Shown here piece by piece: positions 18,905-28,691 of a stretch of DNA of 41,462 bases (position 1 is the stretch's first letter; each line of letters opens with the position of its first letter). This DNA is from a virus. Lineage: Duplodnaviria > Heunggongvirae > Uroviricota > Caudoviricetes. Location: positions 1-41,462 of the IMG/VR virus record IMGVR_UViG_2778261298_000002, one strand, 5' to 3'. A model generated the notes under the pieces. It saw only the letters and a list, made by a program, of their open reading frames with translations. It had not been told where the DNA came from and searched no databases. The position numbers were made by a program, and so were the translations under genes.

Positions 18905-20638
18905 TTAAAGCGAGCGGATCCCATAGGACTCAATGTGGTCAGACAGCGTGTCTTCTTTCTCGTACAGCATGGCTCTGCCAACCGCCATAATCAGCGCAAC
19001 TGCACCATCGATTTTGTTTTCCGCCTGCTCTTTGACGGGCTTCACCACATCATCGTTACCCGGAATGGTTTTGCCGACCACGTTGCCGATACACCAGGTC
19101 ATGATGGGATTGCCATCATGATGAAAGCGCCCCGATTCAATTGCCGCTTCCAGCTCTTTCATCGGGTCGGACATGTTGGTGTAGTTCTGAATGATGGTGA
19201 CGGGGTTCAGGTCTTCATCAGCAAGGTCATGTGACAACCCGGTCGCCCCGAAAGGGTCGATGGGTGACTCGCTGACCGGGCTGATTTTGTTCGCCGCTTT
19301 GGCCTCTTCGAGGATGTAGCGATAATCCACCTCTGCACCATCGGTAACGGTCAGGACGCCCATTTCCACCCATTTCTGAAAGCGTTCGGCTGTCCGGCGA
19401 TCTTCATTTTTCTCGACGCTATACACCGTGTCATACGGTACCCAGAAACGCGGGGCCACACTGTAGTAATGCGTTTTACCGTCAATCTCGCGGGTATAAA
19501 GTCGCGCCATGCTGTTCATATCCAGCTTACGCGCCAGGTCAAAGGCCAGAATGCACGGCTGCCCCTCGAACAGCTCAAGAGTCAGTGATTTATCCTCGCA
19601 GCTCTGCCAGCTCACCAGGTTGAAATACGCCGAACGCGCCGACACCCAGATATTGAGGTGTTTTGTTTTAAAGACGTTTGCCAGACGGGCGTTATTTTTC
19701 GCACGTTGCTGCTGGCTTAACAAAAACTCGCGATAAACCGACACACCGATATTCGGGTTAGCTTTTTCAAGTACCTGCGGGTCGGTCCAGTCGTCGCCTT
19801 CGTCAACGGTATAGATGATCCCGAACAGTTCATCGTTAGGCACCGAGCCGTTGAGCATCTCGATGACTTCCCGCCGTTTGTCGTAGCACGGCCCCTCAAT
19901 GTTGTACCCGGCGGTAGTGATAGCCCACATCAGTGGCTGACGTCGCGCCCCCATCCCGGTAAGCATCGTGGTGTAAAGCGCATCTGTGGCGTGCTCGTGA
20001 TATTCATCCACCACGGCACAGTGGGGTGATGAACCATCACCGGGGTTACCGATCAGCGGTTCAAACCGCGCACCATCCTCCGGACGGTTCATGTTTGAGG
20101 CGTTAACCTCAATCCCGAACGCTTCCGTCAGCATGGGTGTGCGTTTACACATCAGTCGCGCCGGGCGAAAGACTTCCCACGCCTGTTTCTCTGTCGTGGC
20201 ACCGGAATACACTTCCGCGCCAAACTCGTTATCACAGGCAAAACAATACAGGGCGACACCGGCAGAGATTGCCGATTTGCCGTTCTTACGGGGGATTTCG
20301 GTATACACCTCCCGGAAGCGGCGCAGCCGGGTACCTTTATTGACCCAGCCAAACGCACAGCAGATCACAAAGAGCTGCCACGGCTCCAGCGTGATGGGCA
20401 TCCGTTTGAATGCCCACTCACCCTTGGTATGCGGCAACAGCTGAATAAATTTGGCGGCCCGTTCAGCCAGGTCCTTGTCGAAGCGGTAACGAAACGACTT
20501 ACTTTTTTCCGCCATCAGGTCATCAAGATGGCGCTGGCAGGCCTGAATCACAAACTGGCAGGCCACAATCTTTCCGCGCACAACATCACGGGCATACTGA
20601 TTGGCAGCATTTACGTTGGGGTAAGATTTCCGGCTCAT
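18905..20638 (-). CDS. Terminase large subunit
   Basis: 577 aa; ATPase N-terminal region and nuclease C-terminal region; follows the small subunit. Confidence 0.85.
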
Positions 20639-21138
20639 GACTCGATGATTTTCAGAAACGGGTTAGTGGCTTTCTTCTGCCCCGCCAGGCCAATCAGACG
20701 CTGGCGGCTGCTGGGGTCGAGTCCGAGCATTGCCCCCGTGCTGCTCATCTCGGACTCCTGTTCTTTTTTGGCGGTCAGCTCCGGATTTTTGACCCTGCCG
20801 CCCATTGCACCGGTGATGGTGTTGCCCTGTATGGCAATATTTTTCACGGCACGTCGCCAGAACTCATAGGCCACGCACCACCGCTCAAGCACCGCGAGGT
20901 CAGTCACGCACAACAGGCCCTGACCGCAGAGTTCTTTGGTTGTCAGTTGCCACATGATCGTGGCGAGAGGGAGATTTTCTTCTGCGAACCACTCCGGTGG
21001 CTCAACACCTTTGATGGGCGTAAAAACAGGTTCATCTTTATTCAGGGCTCGCTTGCCGGGGTTTCCGGCCAGCGCCTTGCGCGCCGTTGGCTTGGGGCGA
21101 CGCCCGGAACGCCCCGCCGTTCCAGCCATATGCGGCAC
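20635..21138 (-). CDS. Terminase small subunit (P27 family-like)
   Basis: 167 aa with basic N-terminus; overlapping stop/start with the large subunit. Confidence 0.7.
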   Translation of the reverse strand: MPHMAGTAGRSGRRPKPTARKALAGNPGKRALNKDEPVFTPIKGVEPPEWFAEENLPLATIMWQLTTKELCGQGLLCVTDLAVLERWCVAYEFWRRAVKNIAIQGNTITGAMGGRVKNPELTAKKEQESEMSSTGAMLGLDPSSRQRLIGLAGQKKATNPFLKIIES

Positions 21139-21254
21139 TCCTGGTTAAATTTCATTTTTCGCGGGTATAAAAAAACGATGGGGCGGGCAGTCCGGAAGAC
21201 GTCAGGCCACAGGGATTTGACCCGCCCCTCCCCTCAGGCAGTTGAGAATTATTA

Positions 21255-21605
21255 TCACTTTAGCCGTTCACGGGCCGTCTTCGTCTTATGGCACGGCCAG
21301 CACAGGCTCTGCAGATTACTGTCTGCATCGGTGCCGCCATGCGCTTTAGGGATGATGTGGTCAACGGTTTTCGCTTCACGCGCCACACCAGCACGCAGAC
21401 ATAACTGACACAGGCCTTTGTCACGTTGCAGCACACGCACACGGATAACATCCCACTTAGAACCATAACCGCGCTGATGACGGGATTGTCCTGACTTGTA
21501 TTGCTTCCAGCCTTCGCTTTTGTGGCTTTCGCAGTAGCCTGACGGGTCTGTCGTGGTATTACGGCAGCCGCGAACGCGGCAGGCTTTTGGAGTTCGAGGG
21601 GGCAT
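21255..21605 (-). CDS. HNH endonuclease (terminase-associated)
   Basis: 116 aa with Cys-rich HNH motifs (CxxC...HxxP...H...CWPCH); immediately upstream of the terminase small subunit. Confidence 0.8.
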   Translation of the reverse strand: MPPRTPKACRVRGCRNTTTDPSGYCESHKSEGWKQYKSGQSRHQRGYGSKWDVIRVRVLQRDKGLCQLCLRAGVAREAKTVDHIIPKAHGGTDADSNLQSLCWPCHKTKTARERLK

Positions 21606-21631
21606 AAATATATTCCTGTTCTTTGTCCGGA

Positions 21632-21904
21632 CTATTTGCCTGCTGCCAGCAAAGCGTTACGGCGCATCTCGATACTTCGAATCCCCGCTTTGTCAATATT
21701 GCATTGTCCCAACGCCGAAAGCAGGCTCACATTCAGATCCAGACTGGCCCCATAGGTCAGCGGCTCGGGAATGACTGGCTGGGGAGTTTCAGTAGTCAGG
21801 CTTGCTGGCAACGGTACCGCCGGAATCGGTACGTAAACTGTTCGCGTACTTCCGCAACCGGTCAGCAGCGGCAGCAGGCACATGACGTGAAGCACAATCA
21901 TCAT
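21632..21904 (-). CDS. Outer-membrane spanin lipoprotein (Rz1-like), partly embedded in Rz
   Basis: Signal peptide with lipobox LLTGC; Pro-rich mature part; overlaps the 3' end of the Rz-like gene in another frame. Confidence 0.6.
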   Translation of the reverse strand: MMIVLHVMCLLPLLTGCGSTRTVYVPIPAVPLPASLTTETPQPVIPEPLTYGASLDLNVSLLSALGQCNIDKAGIRSIEMRRNALLAAGK

Positions 21905-22181
21905 CCGCAACAGCCACTTTGATATCTTCCTGGGTTCTCTGTGACTCCAGTGCGATCTGCTGTTTTGCATGCTGGTTAGCCTCTATAACTGTATTGATGA
22001 TTTGCAGTGATTGCAGAACGTTACGGGTAATGGCAGTTGCTGATTCAGCATTTCGTACAGCCTCATCAGCACGCTCCTTTTCGTGCTGATATTTGCTGTA
22101 GTAATGTCCAGCAGACCAGATGAAGGAACCAATGACGCTAACAACGAAGGCAACAATAACCAGCTTATATCTCAGCTTCAT
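21789..22181 (-). CDS. Inner-membrane spanin (Rz-like)
   Basis: 130 aa; N-terminal TM helix then coiled-coil; downstream of the endolysin. Confidence 0.7.
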   Translation of the reverse strand: MKLRYKLVIVAFVVSVIGSFIWSAGHYYSKYQHEKERADEAVRNAESATAITRNVLQSLQIINTVIEANQHAKQQIALESQRTQEDIKVAVADDDCASRHVPAAAADRLRKYANSLRTDSGGTVASKPDY

Positions 22182-22641
22182 TTACTACCCCACCAGCTTT
22201 TTTAAATCGGGCAATCAGGTCACCGATTTTATGTTCATACTGACCGTAACCTGCACCAGGTAACGACGCCCAGATATTGCTGCAACGGTCGATTGCCTGA
22301 CGAATACTGCCGCGGTCAATCATCGGTAAAGCACCACGCTCTTTAATCTGCTGCAGAGCTACAGCGTCCTGGCTTTCTGGAGAAAAATCTTTCAGGCCAA
22401 GCTGTTTACGGTAAGCATCCCACCAGCGTGAAAGAAGCTGGTAACGTCCGGCAGCTGTTGATTTGAGTTTGGGGTTTAGCGTGACAAGTTTGCGAGGGTG
22501 ATCGGAGTAATCAGTGAACAGTTCGCCACCAACAATAACATCATAACCGTGGTTACGTGTCGGTTGTCGCCCGTTATCCGTTCCTTCTGACCATGCCACC
22601 ATATCCAGGAAAGCTTTACGCTGGGAATTTAGTGCCTGCAT
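22165..22641 (-). CDS. Endolysin, lambda R-like lytic transglycosylase
   Basis: 158 aa, near-identical over most of its length to my recollection of lambda R (..QRKAFLDM.AWSEGTDNGRQ.TRNHGYDVIVGGELFTDYSDHPRKLVTLNPKLKST.AGRYQLLSRWWDAYRKQLGLKDFSP..). Confidence 0.9.
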   Translation of the reverse strand: MQALNSQRKAFLDMVAWSEGTDNGRQPTRNHGYDVIVGGELFTDYSDHPRKLVTLNPKLKSTAAGRYQLLSRWWDAYRKQLGLKDFSPESQDAVALQQIKERGALPMIDRGSIRQAIDRCSNIWASLPGAGYGQYEHKIGDLIARFKKAGGVVNEAEI

Positions 22642-22644
22642 AAA

Positions 22645-22980
22645 TTACTCCTTCGAGCTACCAAATTTGTTACCGATTACTCGCATTGCAGCCCCACGAA
22701 TAGCATCGACACCGATCAGCCCCACGCCACCACCAATGGCAACAGAAAGCGATTTAGGCCATCCGACATATTCAAGAGCGGATGCAAAGGTCAGCGTCAG
22801 AGCGCCACATAGCAAAATCTCGAGCGTTTTTCGCTTCCAGCCACCACCACCGCCAAAATAGGCGATGCGCAAACCAGCCATAACGATCGACATAATCACT
22901 GCACCCAGCGGTGTGTCTCCACGCCACCAGCTCTGAAACAACTCCAGCCAGTCCGGCCAGGTATTTGGGTTATGAGGCAT
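22645..22980 (-). CDS. Holin, lambda S-like (start taken at internal Met; the ORF extends to 23076)
   Basis: TM-rich; motifs MAGLRIAYFGGG and IGVDAIRGAAMRVIGNKFG parallel lambda S; upstream of the endolysin. Confidence 0.7.
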   Translation of the reverse strand: MPHNPNTWPDWLELFQSWWRGDTPLGAVIMSIVMAGLRIAYFGGGGGWKRKTLEILLCGALTLTFASALEYVGWPKSLSVAIGGGVGLIGVDAIRGAAMRVIGNKFGSSKE

Positions 22981-23056
22981 TTCGTCATCTCTCACCTCGC
23001 GATATTTGCGGGTGCTGTGTTGGAAATAAAAAGGCCACGCAACGTGGCCACCAGAA

Positions 23057-24109
23057 TTATTTCCCCACCAGTTCACTTACCTCTTTCACCGTCTGATTAA
23101 ACCGCTCTGACTCAAGTTCAACACCTAACGCCCGACGCCCCAGCGCCATTGCTGCTTTTATTGTGGAACCGGATCCCATAAAGAAATCAGCAACCAGATC
23201 ACCAGGTCGACTACTGGCATTGATTATTTGCCGGAGCATATCCGCCGGTTTCTCGCACGGATGTTTACCCGGATAGAACTGAACGGGCTTATGCGTCCAG
23301 ACATCGGTATAAGGCACGGAAACTGATACGGAGAAATAGCGCCGGAGAGATTTAAACTCATCCAGCAATTCAGAATATTTGCGATTCAGTGAATCATAAG
23401 ATGCCACCAGCTGGTGGTGTGGTTGTTCCAGTTGTTGTTCCTGAAACTTCTCTGCCGCTATACGGGAAAACAGTGCCTGTAACTTCCGATAGTCAGCCTC
23501 ATTCGGCAACTGCCACTGACTGGCACCAAACCAGTGGGAAACCATATTTTTCTTACCTGTGGCTTCGGCAATTTGTTTTGCCGTTATACCCAGTTCGGCA
23601 CGAGCATCCCTGAAATACGATATCAGCGGTGCCATTATGTGCTGTTTGAGTTCCCTTTCTTTTGCCGCATAGCCGTCACTTTTGCCGCGATATGGCCCCT
23701 GGTAATGTTCAGCAAACAGAACGCGCTCTGTGGCAGGAAAATATGCGCGCAGACTTTCTTTATTACACCCATTCCAACGTCCGGACGGCTTCGCCCAGAT
23801 GATATGGTTAAGCACGTTGAAACGTTCACGCATCATGATCTCAATATCAGATGCCAGGCGATGCCCACAGAACAGGTAAAGGCTTCCGGCAGGTTTCAAC
23901 ACCCGCCAGAACTGGGCCAGACAGTGGTCCAGCCACTTAAGGTAATCTTCGTCCCCTTTCCACTGATTGTCCCAACCGTTAGGTTTCACCTTGAAGTAAG
24001 GCGGATCGGTAACAATCAGGTCAATGGAATCATCAGGCAGGGACTGAATAAAATGCAGGCAATCAGCGTTGATTAAATCAACACTGTTTATTTTTACAGT
24101 ATTTTTCAT
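23057..24109 (-). CDS. Orphan DNA methyltransferase (amino-MTase with DPPY motif)
   Basis: 350 aa; N-terminal IVTDPPY catalytic motif and C-terminal FxGSGST AdoMet motif; no adjacent restriction gene. Confidence 0.8.
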   Translation of the reverse strand: MKNTVKINSVDLINADCLHFIQSLPDDSIDLIVTDPPYFKVKPNGWDNQWKGDEDYLKWLDHCLAQFWRVLKPAGSLYLFCGHRLASDIEIMMRERFNVLNHIIWAKPSGRWNGCNKESLRAYFPATERVLFAEHYQGPYRGKSDGYAAKERELKQHIMAPLISYFRDARAELGITAKQIAEATGKKNMVSHWFGASQWQLPNEADYRKLQALFSRIAAEKFQEQQLEQPHHQLVASYDSLNRKYSELLDEFKSLRRYFSVSVSVPYTDVWTHKPVQFYPGKHPCEKPADMLRQIINASSRPGDLVADFFMGSGSTIKAAMALGRRALGVELESERFNQTVKEVSELVGK

Positions 24110-24259
24110 GGATCAGTAAGCGTAACTCTGGTAGGCTCACTCTGCTTTTGCGCTAAAGCAGTGGGCCGTGGTTCGCTTGTGACCAGTAAGCATGAGCGAA
24201 TGGCTGGCAGGTGCTACCAACACCCACCAGCCGCCCATTTTCACAGCAGGAAACCGCCA

Positions 24260-24487
24260 TTACTGGCAGCGTCTGAATTTATTCCCGTACCCGCCGTTAT
24301 CCTTCGCCAGACCCGCCAGAACTAACTGAGTCAGTATTAACTGGCACCGGGCTTCGCTTACTCCGGTAGTTCTCGTCATCATGCGTGGCGTTACCCACTT
24401 GTCAGCAGGTAAGAAATGAAGGACTGCGGCGGCGGTTTCTGTCATATCTTGCTGTTTTAGCATGTCTTTTTCCCTTCTGGTTAACAT
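24260..24487 (-). CDS. Hypothetical small protein (75 aa), possible winged-helix
   Basis: ORF between the late terminator and the methyltransferase; no family recognised. Confidence 0.35.
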   Translation of the reverse strand: MLTRREKDMLKQQDMTETAAAVLHFLPADKWVTPRMMTRTTGVSEARCQLILTQLVLAGLAKDNGGYGNKFRRCQ

Positions 24488-24584
24488 GACATACCAATAA
24501 CTCTTGTCTAAAAATCCAGCAAGATAAAAAGTCAGTATTCACGACCACCAGCGTGTTTACTGTACTGCACCAAGTTTACAGGTA

Positions 24585-24608
24585 CAAAAAACCCGCTCAG
24601 TGGCGGGT
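24585..24608 (-). terminator. Rho-independent terminator (tR'-like) downstream of the late promoter
   Basis: Minus-strand hairpin acccgc/gcgggt followed by a U6 run. Confidence 0.6.
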
Positions 24609-24655
24609 TCCTAAATCTTATCAACGGTAGACATACAAAGCCCATCGTTGGGAAA

Positions 24656-24684
24656 ATCTTATCCATATTTTTTGAAAAATGCAA
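24656..24684 (-). promoter_or_regulatory. Late promoter (PR'-like) immediately downstream of Q
   Basis: Minus strand TTGCAT-17 bp-TAAGAT; about 30 bp after the Q stop and about 50 nt upstream of the terminator. Confidence 0.55.
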
Positions 24685-24715
24685 GCTTCATGTCGCCATC
24701 TTCGGCGAAAATCAC

Positions 24716-25474
24716 TTATCTCGTCACCTTTCTCAATTGCGTTTCAGCATATGCTTCTTCCTGCCAGCACTTTGTAACCAGTTTATCAATGACATCTGCA
24801 TATCCTTTGTACCACTGATAATCCGTCAGGTCTGGTACCAGCTTCTGGACATGATGCCGCGCCAGTGTGGTTGGTAAACGGCTAAACCGGTTTCCATTGC
24901 AACGCCCACAAATCTTATAAACAGGCGTGCCATGAAGCCGGGTCCTTTTTTCATCCAGGACAATACCTTTACCCTTACACCCTCTGCACGCTGTGCTGAC
25001 TTCTCCCTTACCATGACAATGCTGACATAGTTCCTTCACCCACTCTTCCTTGATAACAGATTCCCCGCTTCTGGAGTGTTTTACCACTTCGCGCAATACA
25101 TTATGAAATCCAGTACCAGCACAATGCTCACAGCGAGCCTTACTTGCCGCAGACCTGGAATAATCAGCAAAGGCAAAATTCACAAGGTAAGGGATGATCT
25201 GTAACCGGGTTTCTTCACTCAATTTATTCAATGTCGGGTTATCCAGTGCCATCGCGTAATTGAGCAGACCTTCAATCGCAAACTGAGGATCCTGAACACC
25301 AACTTTTGCCAGGAATAAGGCAAAACCCAGTGGTGCTTTCGACTGCACCATCCCCTGCGCAGCCATCACATCCGTAATCGTTAAACCACCAGAGCCTGTC
25401 GCCGGTGCGTCATCGCTCAATTTTGGAGATTTTGGGGAGTAATATTTTGGTAAGGCTTCAAGGTTCATGCTCAT
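24716..25474 (-). CDS. Late-gene antiterminator Q (zinc-finger type)
   Basis: 252 aa with four CxxC pairs (CEHCAGTG, CQHCHGKG, CRGCKGKG, CGRCNGN); placed before late promoter and terminator. Confidence 0.7.
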   Translation of the reverse strand: MSMNLEALPKYYSPKSPKLSDDAPATGSGGLTITDVMAAQGMVQSKAPLGFALFLAKVGVQDPQFAIEGLLNYAMALDNPTLNKLSEETRLQIIPYLVNFAFADYSRSAASKARCEHCAGTGFHNVLREVVKHSRSGESVIKEEWVKELCQHCHGKGEVSTACRGCKGKGIVLDEKRTRLHGTPVYKICGRCNGNRFSRLPTTLARHHVQKLVPDLTDYQWYKGYADVIDKLVTKCWQEEAYAETQLRKVTR

Positions 25475-25481
25475 TCTCCAC

Positions 25482-26477
25482 TTACGCCAGTACGCCTATT
25501 GCCAGCGCACGATCGATAAAACGAAATATCAGCTCCAGCTGGGAGCCATACTTCTCTTCAAATGCCACGGTATCCGCATGCAGCTCGTCGTGATGCTTTC
25601 TGCACAAAGGCAACACAAAGAGGTCATGCGCTTTTGTACCCATTCCCCCCTGACCGTGGCCTATCAGGTGGTGGGGATCATCAGCGGGCTTTCCACAACA
25701 TGCACACGGCTGTGTCTTAACCCAGCGCGTGTACTTTTCATTAACCCAGCGGCGACGTTTTGGGCGTAACATAAAAGACTCCGGCGACTCCGGATCCACT
25801 TTCAGCGCCAGCACCTTTTTTGCCTTATCCTGGATGATGCTGGTGGCAGGAACCGAAGGCACAAGGTCACTTTCCCGGGTGACAGACGGCACAACAGGCT
25901 TTGGTAATCTCAGTGCCTTACGGGCTGCACTTTCCGGTAAGGCATCCGCCAGGTCATTACGAATCAGCCACCAGCACAGTTCCGGCATTGTCACAACGTG
26001 ACTATCATCAAAACCGAGATCCCGACGCACAACAGACAACACCCAGCGGGCACAGTTATCCGTTGCCATTGATTCCAGCCGTTCCGTGAACTGATCGCGC
26101 AGCTGGTTATCACAGTGCCAGCACAGACGGATTGCGCCCGGAGCGTGTCGCATTGTGGTCATGTTCTCGCTGTGCCAGTCGGAATGAGGCCACTGGCAGC
26201 CTTTTTCACGAAGTAACCAGCTTTCAAGACATTCCACGCCACCAGCACGACGGATCACTGCCTCATTGCGGAACACGGCCCGAACGTCAGGATCATCCGC
26301 CAGCGGTTGTGATGCCGCCGGAACAGCACCACTGGCGAAAGATGAATAACGTTCCGGCTCAGGCTCCAGCAGGACACGCCCCTGCATAAACAGGGGCATC
26401 AGCTCTGAACCTGGTCTGAACAATACGATCCCCATACGCGGGGCAATTTCAGGGGTCAGTAGTGCTCTCACGGTCAC
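25482..26477 (-). CDS. DUF968-family protein (YdfU-like) with C-terminal HNH-like zinc motif
   Basis: 331 aa; C-terminal CACCGK...HHLIGHG...CRKHHDELH; typical nin-region gene of lambdoid prophages. Confidence 0.55.
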   Translation of the reverse strand: MTVRALLTPEIAPRMGIVLFRPGSELMPLFMQGRVLLEPEPERYSSFASGAVPAASQPLADDPDVRAVFRNEAVIRRAGGVECLESWLLREKGCQWPHSDWHSENMTTMRHAPGAIRLCWHCDNQLRDQFTERLESMATDNCARWVLSVVRRDLGFDDSHVVTMPELCWWLIRNDLADALPESAARKALRLPKPVVPSVTRESDLVPSVPATSIIQDKAKKVLALKVDPESPESFMLRPKRRRWVNEKYTRWVKTQPCACCGKPADDPHHLIGHGQGGMGTKAHDLFVLPLCRKHHDELHADTVAFEEKYGSQLELIFRFIDRALAIGVLA

Positions 26478-26478
26478 C

Positions 26479-27276
26479 TCAATGAACGGTATCGAGCAGC
26501 TTTAACAGCTCAGGGAATCGGGATTCGAAGAAATGCGGCTGCGTCTCACGCGGATTTGCGGGACTGGTGATATTCTTGCCGAACATGCAGCCTTTCGCTG
26601 TCAGCGACCAGAATTTTTTGATGTTGTTAATCGCTGTACGGCTGTATCGTTCGCGCTGTTCGACGATCCCCAGCTTCGCCATCTGGTGATATGCCTGATT
26701 AGCCGTAAGGCGGATACCATACTGCTTCAGCAGTGCACTCAGTGACAGCGTGGGGCGGCTTGAGCCATCAGGCGCGTCAGCAGGAGCATCAATGGCATAG
26801 CGCGGTGCCAGATTCGGTAAGCCAACAGCCTCCTGAAGTTTCTGACAGGCTCCAAGCACTGAAGAGTTAGACAGATTTAACTCCCGGCGCATAAAGTCCA
26901 GCAGAATCACACCAGCCTGCATCTTGTCAGCAGCCTGTCCGGATAATTTTTCCGGTGCGCTGGTTACCATGTCGAAAGTACGGATCACCTTCAGATGGAA
27001 TGACGGGCTGATCCACATTGCATAGGCATACACCAGTTCTTTGCAGACATACGTCCCCTGGTTATTTCCGCCACGAATAACGTTAACTGGCTCTATATTG
27101 ACCGAGTTGCAAATCTGCAACTCGCTTATTAAACGCTCAGTTTGCTCATTGCGGAGCCAGAATGCAGGCTTATGCTTATCCAGAGAACCGGCAGCCCTGT
27201 GCAGATCGTTCAGGCTGTAACGCCCATAAGCATCACGACGAACTTCAATACCATCAATGACCATCAGATTATTCAT
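26479..27276 (-). CDS. KilA-N domain protein / antirepressor-like
   Basis: 265 aa; N-terminal IDGIEVRRDAYGRYSLNDLHRAAG is KilA-N-like. Confidence 0.6.
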   Translation of the reverse strand: MNNLMVIDGIEVRRDAYGRYSLNDLHRAAGSLDKHKPAFWLRNEQTERLISELQICNSVNIEPVNVIRGGNNQGTYVCKELVYAYAMWISPSFHLKVIRTFDMVTSAPEKLSGQAADKMQAGVILLDFMRRELNLSNSSVLGACQKLQEAVGLPNLAPRYAIDAPADAPDGSSRPTLSLSALLKQYGIRLTANQAYHQMAKLGIVEQRERYSRTAINNIKKFWSLTAKGCMFGKNITSPANPRETQPHFFESRFPELLKLLDTVH

Positions 27277-27295
27277 ACTTCGTTTCTCCTCTTAA

Positions 27296-27685
27296 TCAGG
27301 CGGCTGCACCCGCCGTTTTCTCGTACTTACTGATAGTGATCTCGACCTTCCCTTCCGGGATAACCGGTCCCCACTCCACCAGCATTCTTTTCACCTGACT
27401 GTCGTCTTCCCACACACCCGCGTGGGTCAGGGCGTCAAACAGCGCCTTGTTATAGTTGTCCAGATCGCGGATCCGGTTATCCGGAGGAAACAACACGATC
27501 TCCACTGAAGCAGGTGCCGACGTTGGTTTTGGCAGACGACGTAACTGCTCAACTATTGCTGCACACGCCGCGCTCTGGAATTTGCGCCCCGCCGCGCTTA
27601 TCAGGCTCTTACCTGCAAACGCCCCTTTGTTGGGGTGTCGCCAGTACGTGTTCACGCTGGGCGGGAAAGGCAGAATCAGCTTCAT
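27296..27685 (-). CDS. rusA: Holliday-junction resolvase RusA
   Basis: 129 aa; N-terminal LPFPPSVNTYWR and RDLDNYNKALFDALTHAGVWEDDSQV match the RusA family. Confidence 0.8.
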   Translation of the reverse strand: MKLILPFPPSVNTYWRHPNKGAFAGKSLISAAGRKFQSAACAAIVEQLRRLPKPTSAPASVEIVLFPPDNRIRDLDNYNKALFDALTHAGVWEDDSQVKRMLVEWGPVIPEGKVEITISKYEKTAGAAA

Positions 27686-28008
27686 ACTTTCAGACCCCTC
27701 TCATGTAACCAGTGGGCTGCACGCAGCCTGGCGTTTTCCTCACCGGCAAGCAGTGAGCGGATAATCCCGACCGCCTCGCTGTCGTCGTCCTTCACCGCGG
27801 TATGAAGCGTTATCCCCCGGGCCACACCACGCTTTATCGTGATGACGCCTTTTTTCTCCAGTGCGCGAAGATGCTCCACCGCTGCATTCACTGAACGATA
27901 TCCCAGCATGGTTGCCACCTCCTGATTGGTTGGCGGAAAGCCACGCTCTTTCTGGTAAGAAATCAGCATATCCAGCACCTGCTGCTGGCATTGAGTTAAC
28001 GTCGTCAT
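27682..28008 (-). CDS. LexA-like DNA-binding domain protein lacking the S24 peptidase domain
   Basis: 108 aa; LTQCQQQVLDMLISYQKERGFPPTNQEVATMLGYRSVNAAVEHLRALEKKGVI resembles the LexA N-terminal winged helix; no Ala-Gly/Ser-Lys autocleavage module. Confidence 0.6.
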   Translation of the reverse strand: MTTLTQCQQQVLDMLISYQKERGFPPTNQEVATMLGYRSVNAAVEHLRALEKKGVITIKRGVARGITLHTAVKDDDSEAVGIIRSLLAGEENARLRAAHWLHERGLKV

Positions 28009-28691
28009 GCCGCCATCTCCCTGACCAGTTTTTCCGCCTGCTGGCGAACCTGCGCCAGAAAGGCCTCACCACATGCCTCAAGTTCATCGCGCCCGATGTA
28101 GCTGATTGCCGGTCCCTTCCAGGTCTTGTCGAAAACAGCAATAGCACCAGCGAAGAAAGCGCCTGTCGGTACCTGCTTCTCGTCTTTCGGGATAAACCAG
28201 ACAGGCAGTTCAAAACCAATACGCCCGCGAATAAAAGCAATATGATCTGCATTTTCCGGCCACCACACTTCGCTGGTGGCAGCTTTGATCAGGAAAACAT
28301 AGCGCCCGCCTTTATCACGCATGGCACTGGCATGCTTCATGATGTAACGCATGCCGGTGATGTATTGCCCCTCATGCTGACTGGCGCGGCTGTATGGGGG
28401 ATTACCAAAGGCAGCACCTTTAAGCTCCGCAAGACGTTCTGACCAGTCATGCGCCAGCGCGTTGTCTTCCGCCGTGTAATACGCGGCACATTTGGCGTTA
28501 TCACCGTCAGTGAACAGATCCAGAACAAACGGGCCAAACAGGGTGTTAATTCCCCAGAAAATGTTGTCCGGCGTGCGCCACTGATCGCCCACTTCCTTCA
28601 GTTCATGGGCTGGTTTGTTCCGCAGTTCCACCAGCGCCTGGCAATATTTATTACTCATTAAGCCCCCACGTAATTCCCTGACAGATACCAC
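28005..28691 (-). CDS. Phage N6-adenine DNA methyltransferase (Dam-type, NPPY)
   Basis: 228 aa with FGNPPYSR catalytic motif. Confidence 0.75.
   Translation of the reverse strand: MVSVRELRGGLMSNKYCQALVELRNKPAHELKEVGDQWRTPDNIFWGINTLFGPFVLDLFTDGDNAKCAAYYTAEDNALAHDWSERLAELKGAAFGNPPYSRASQHEGQYITGMRYIMKHASAMRDKGGRYVFLIKAATSEVWWPENADHIAFIRGRIGFELPVWFIPKDEKQVPTGAFFAGAIAVFDKTWKGPAISYIGRDELEACGEAFLAQVRQQAEKLVREMAA

Noticed and set aside
22981-23076. Long N-terminal extension of the holin ORF
   Set aside because: The extended ORF would begin at a GTG overlapping the methyltransferase 3' end; the internal Met at 22980 gives a protein parallel to lambda S.
24110-24260. Possible tRNA genes upstream of the lysis cassette, as in Stx-type lambdoid phages
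   Set aside because: No cloverleaf-compatible sequence or conserved T-loop found by eye.
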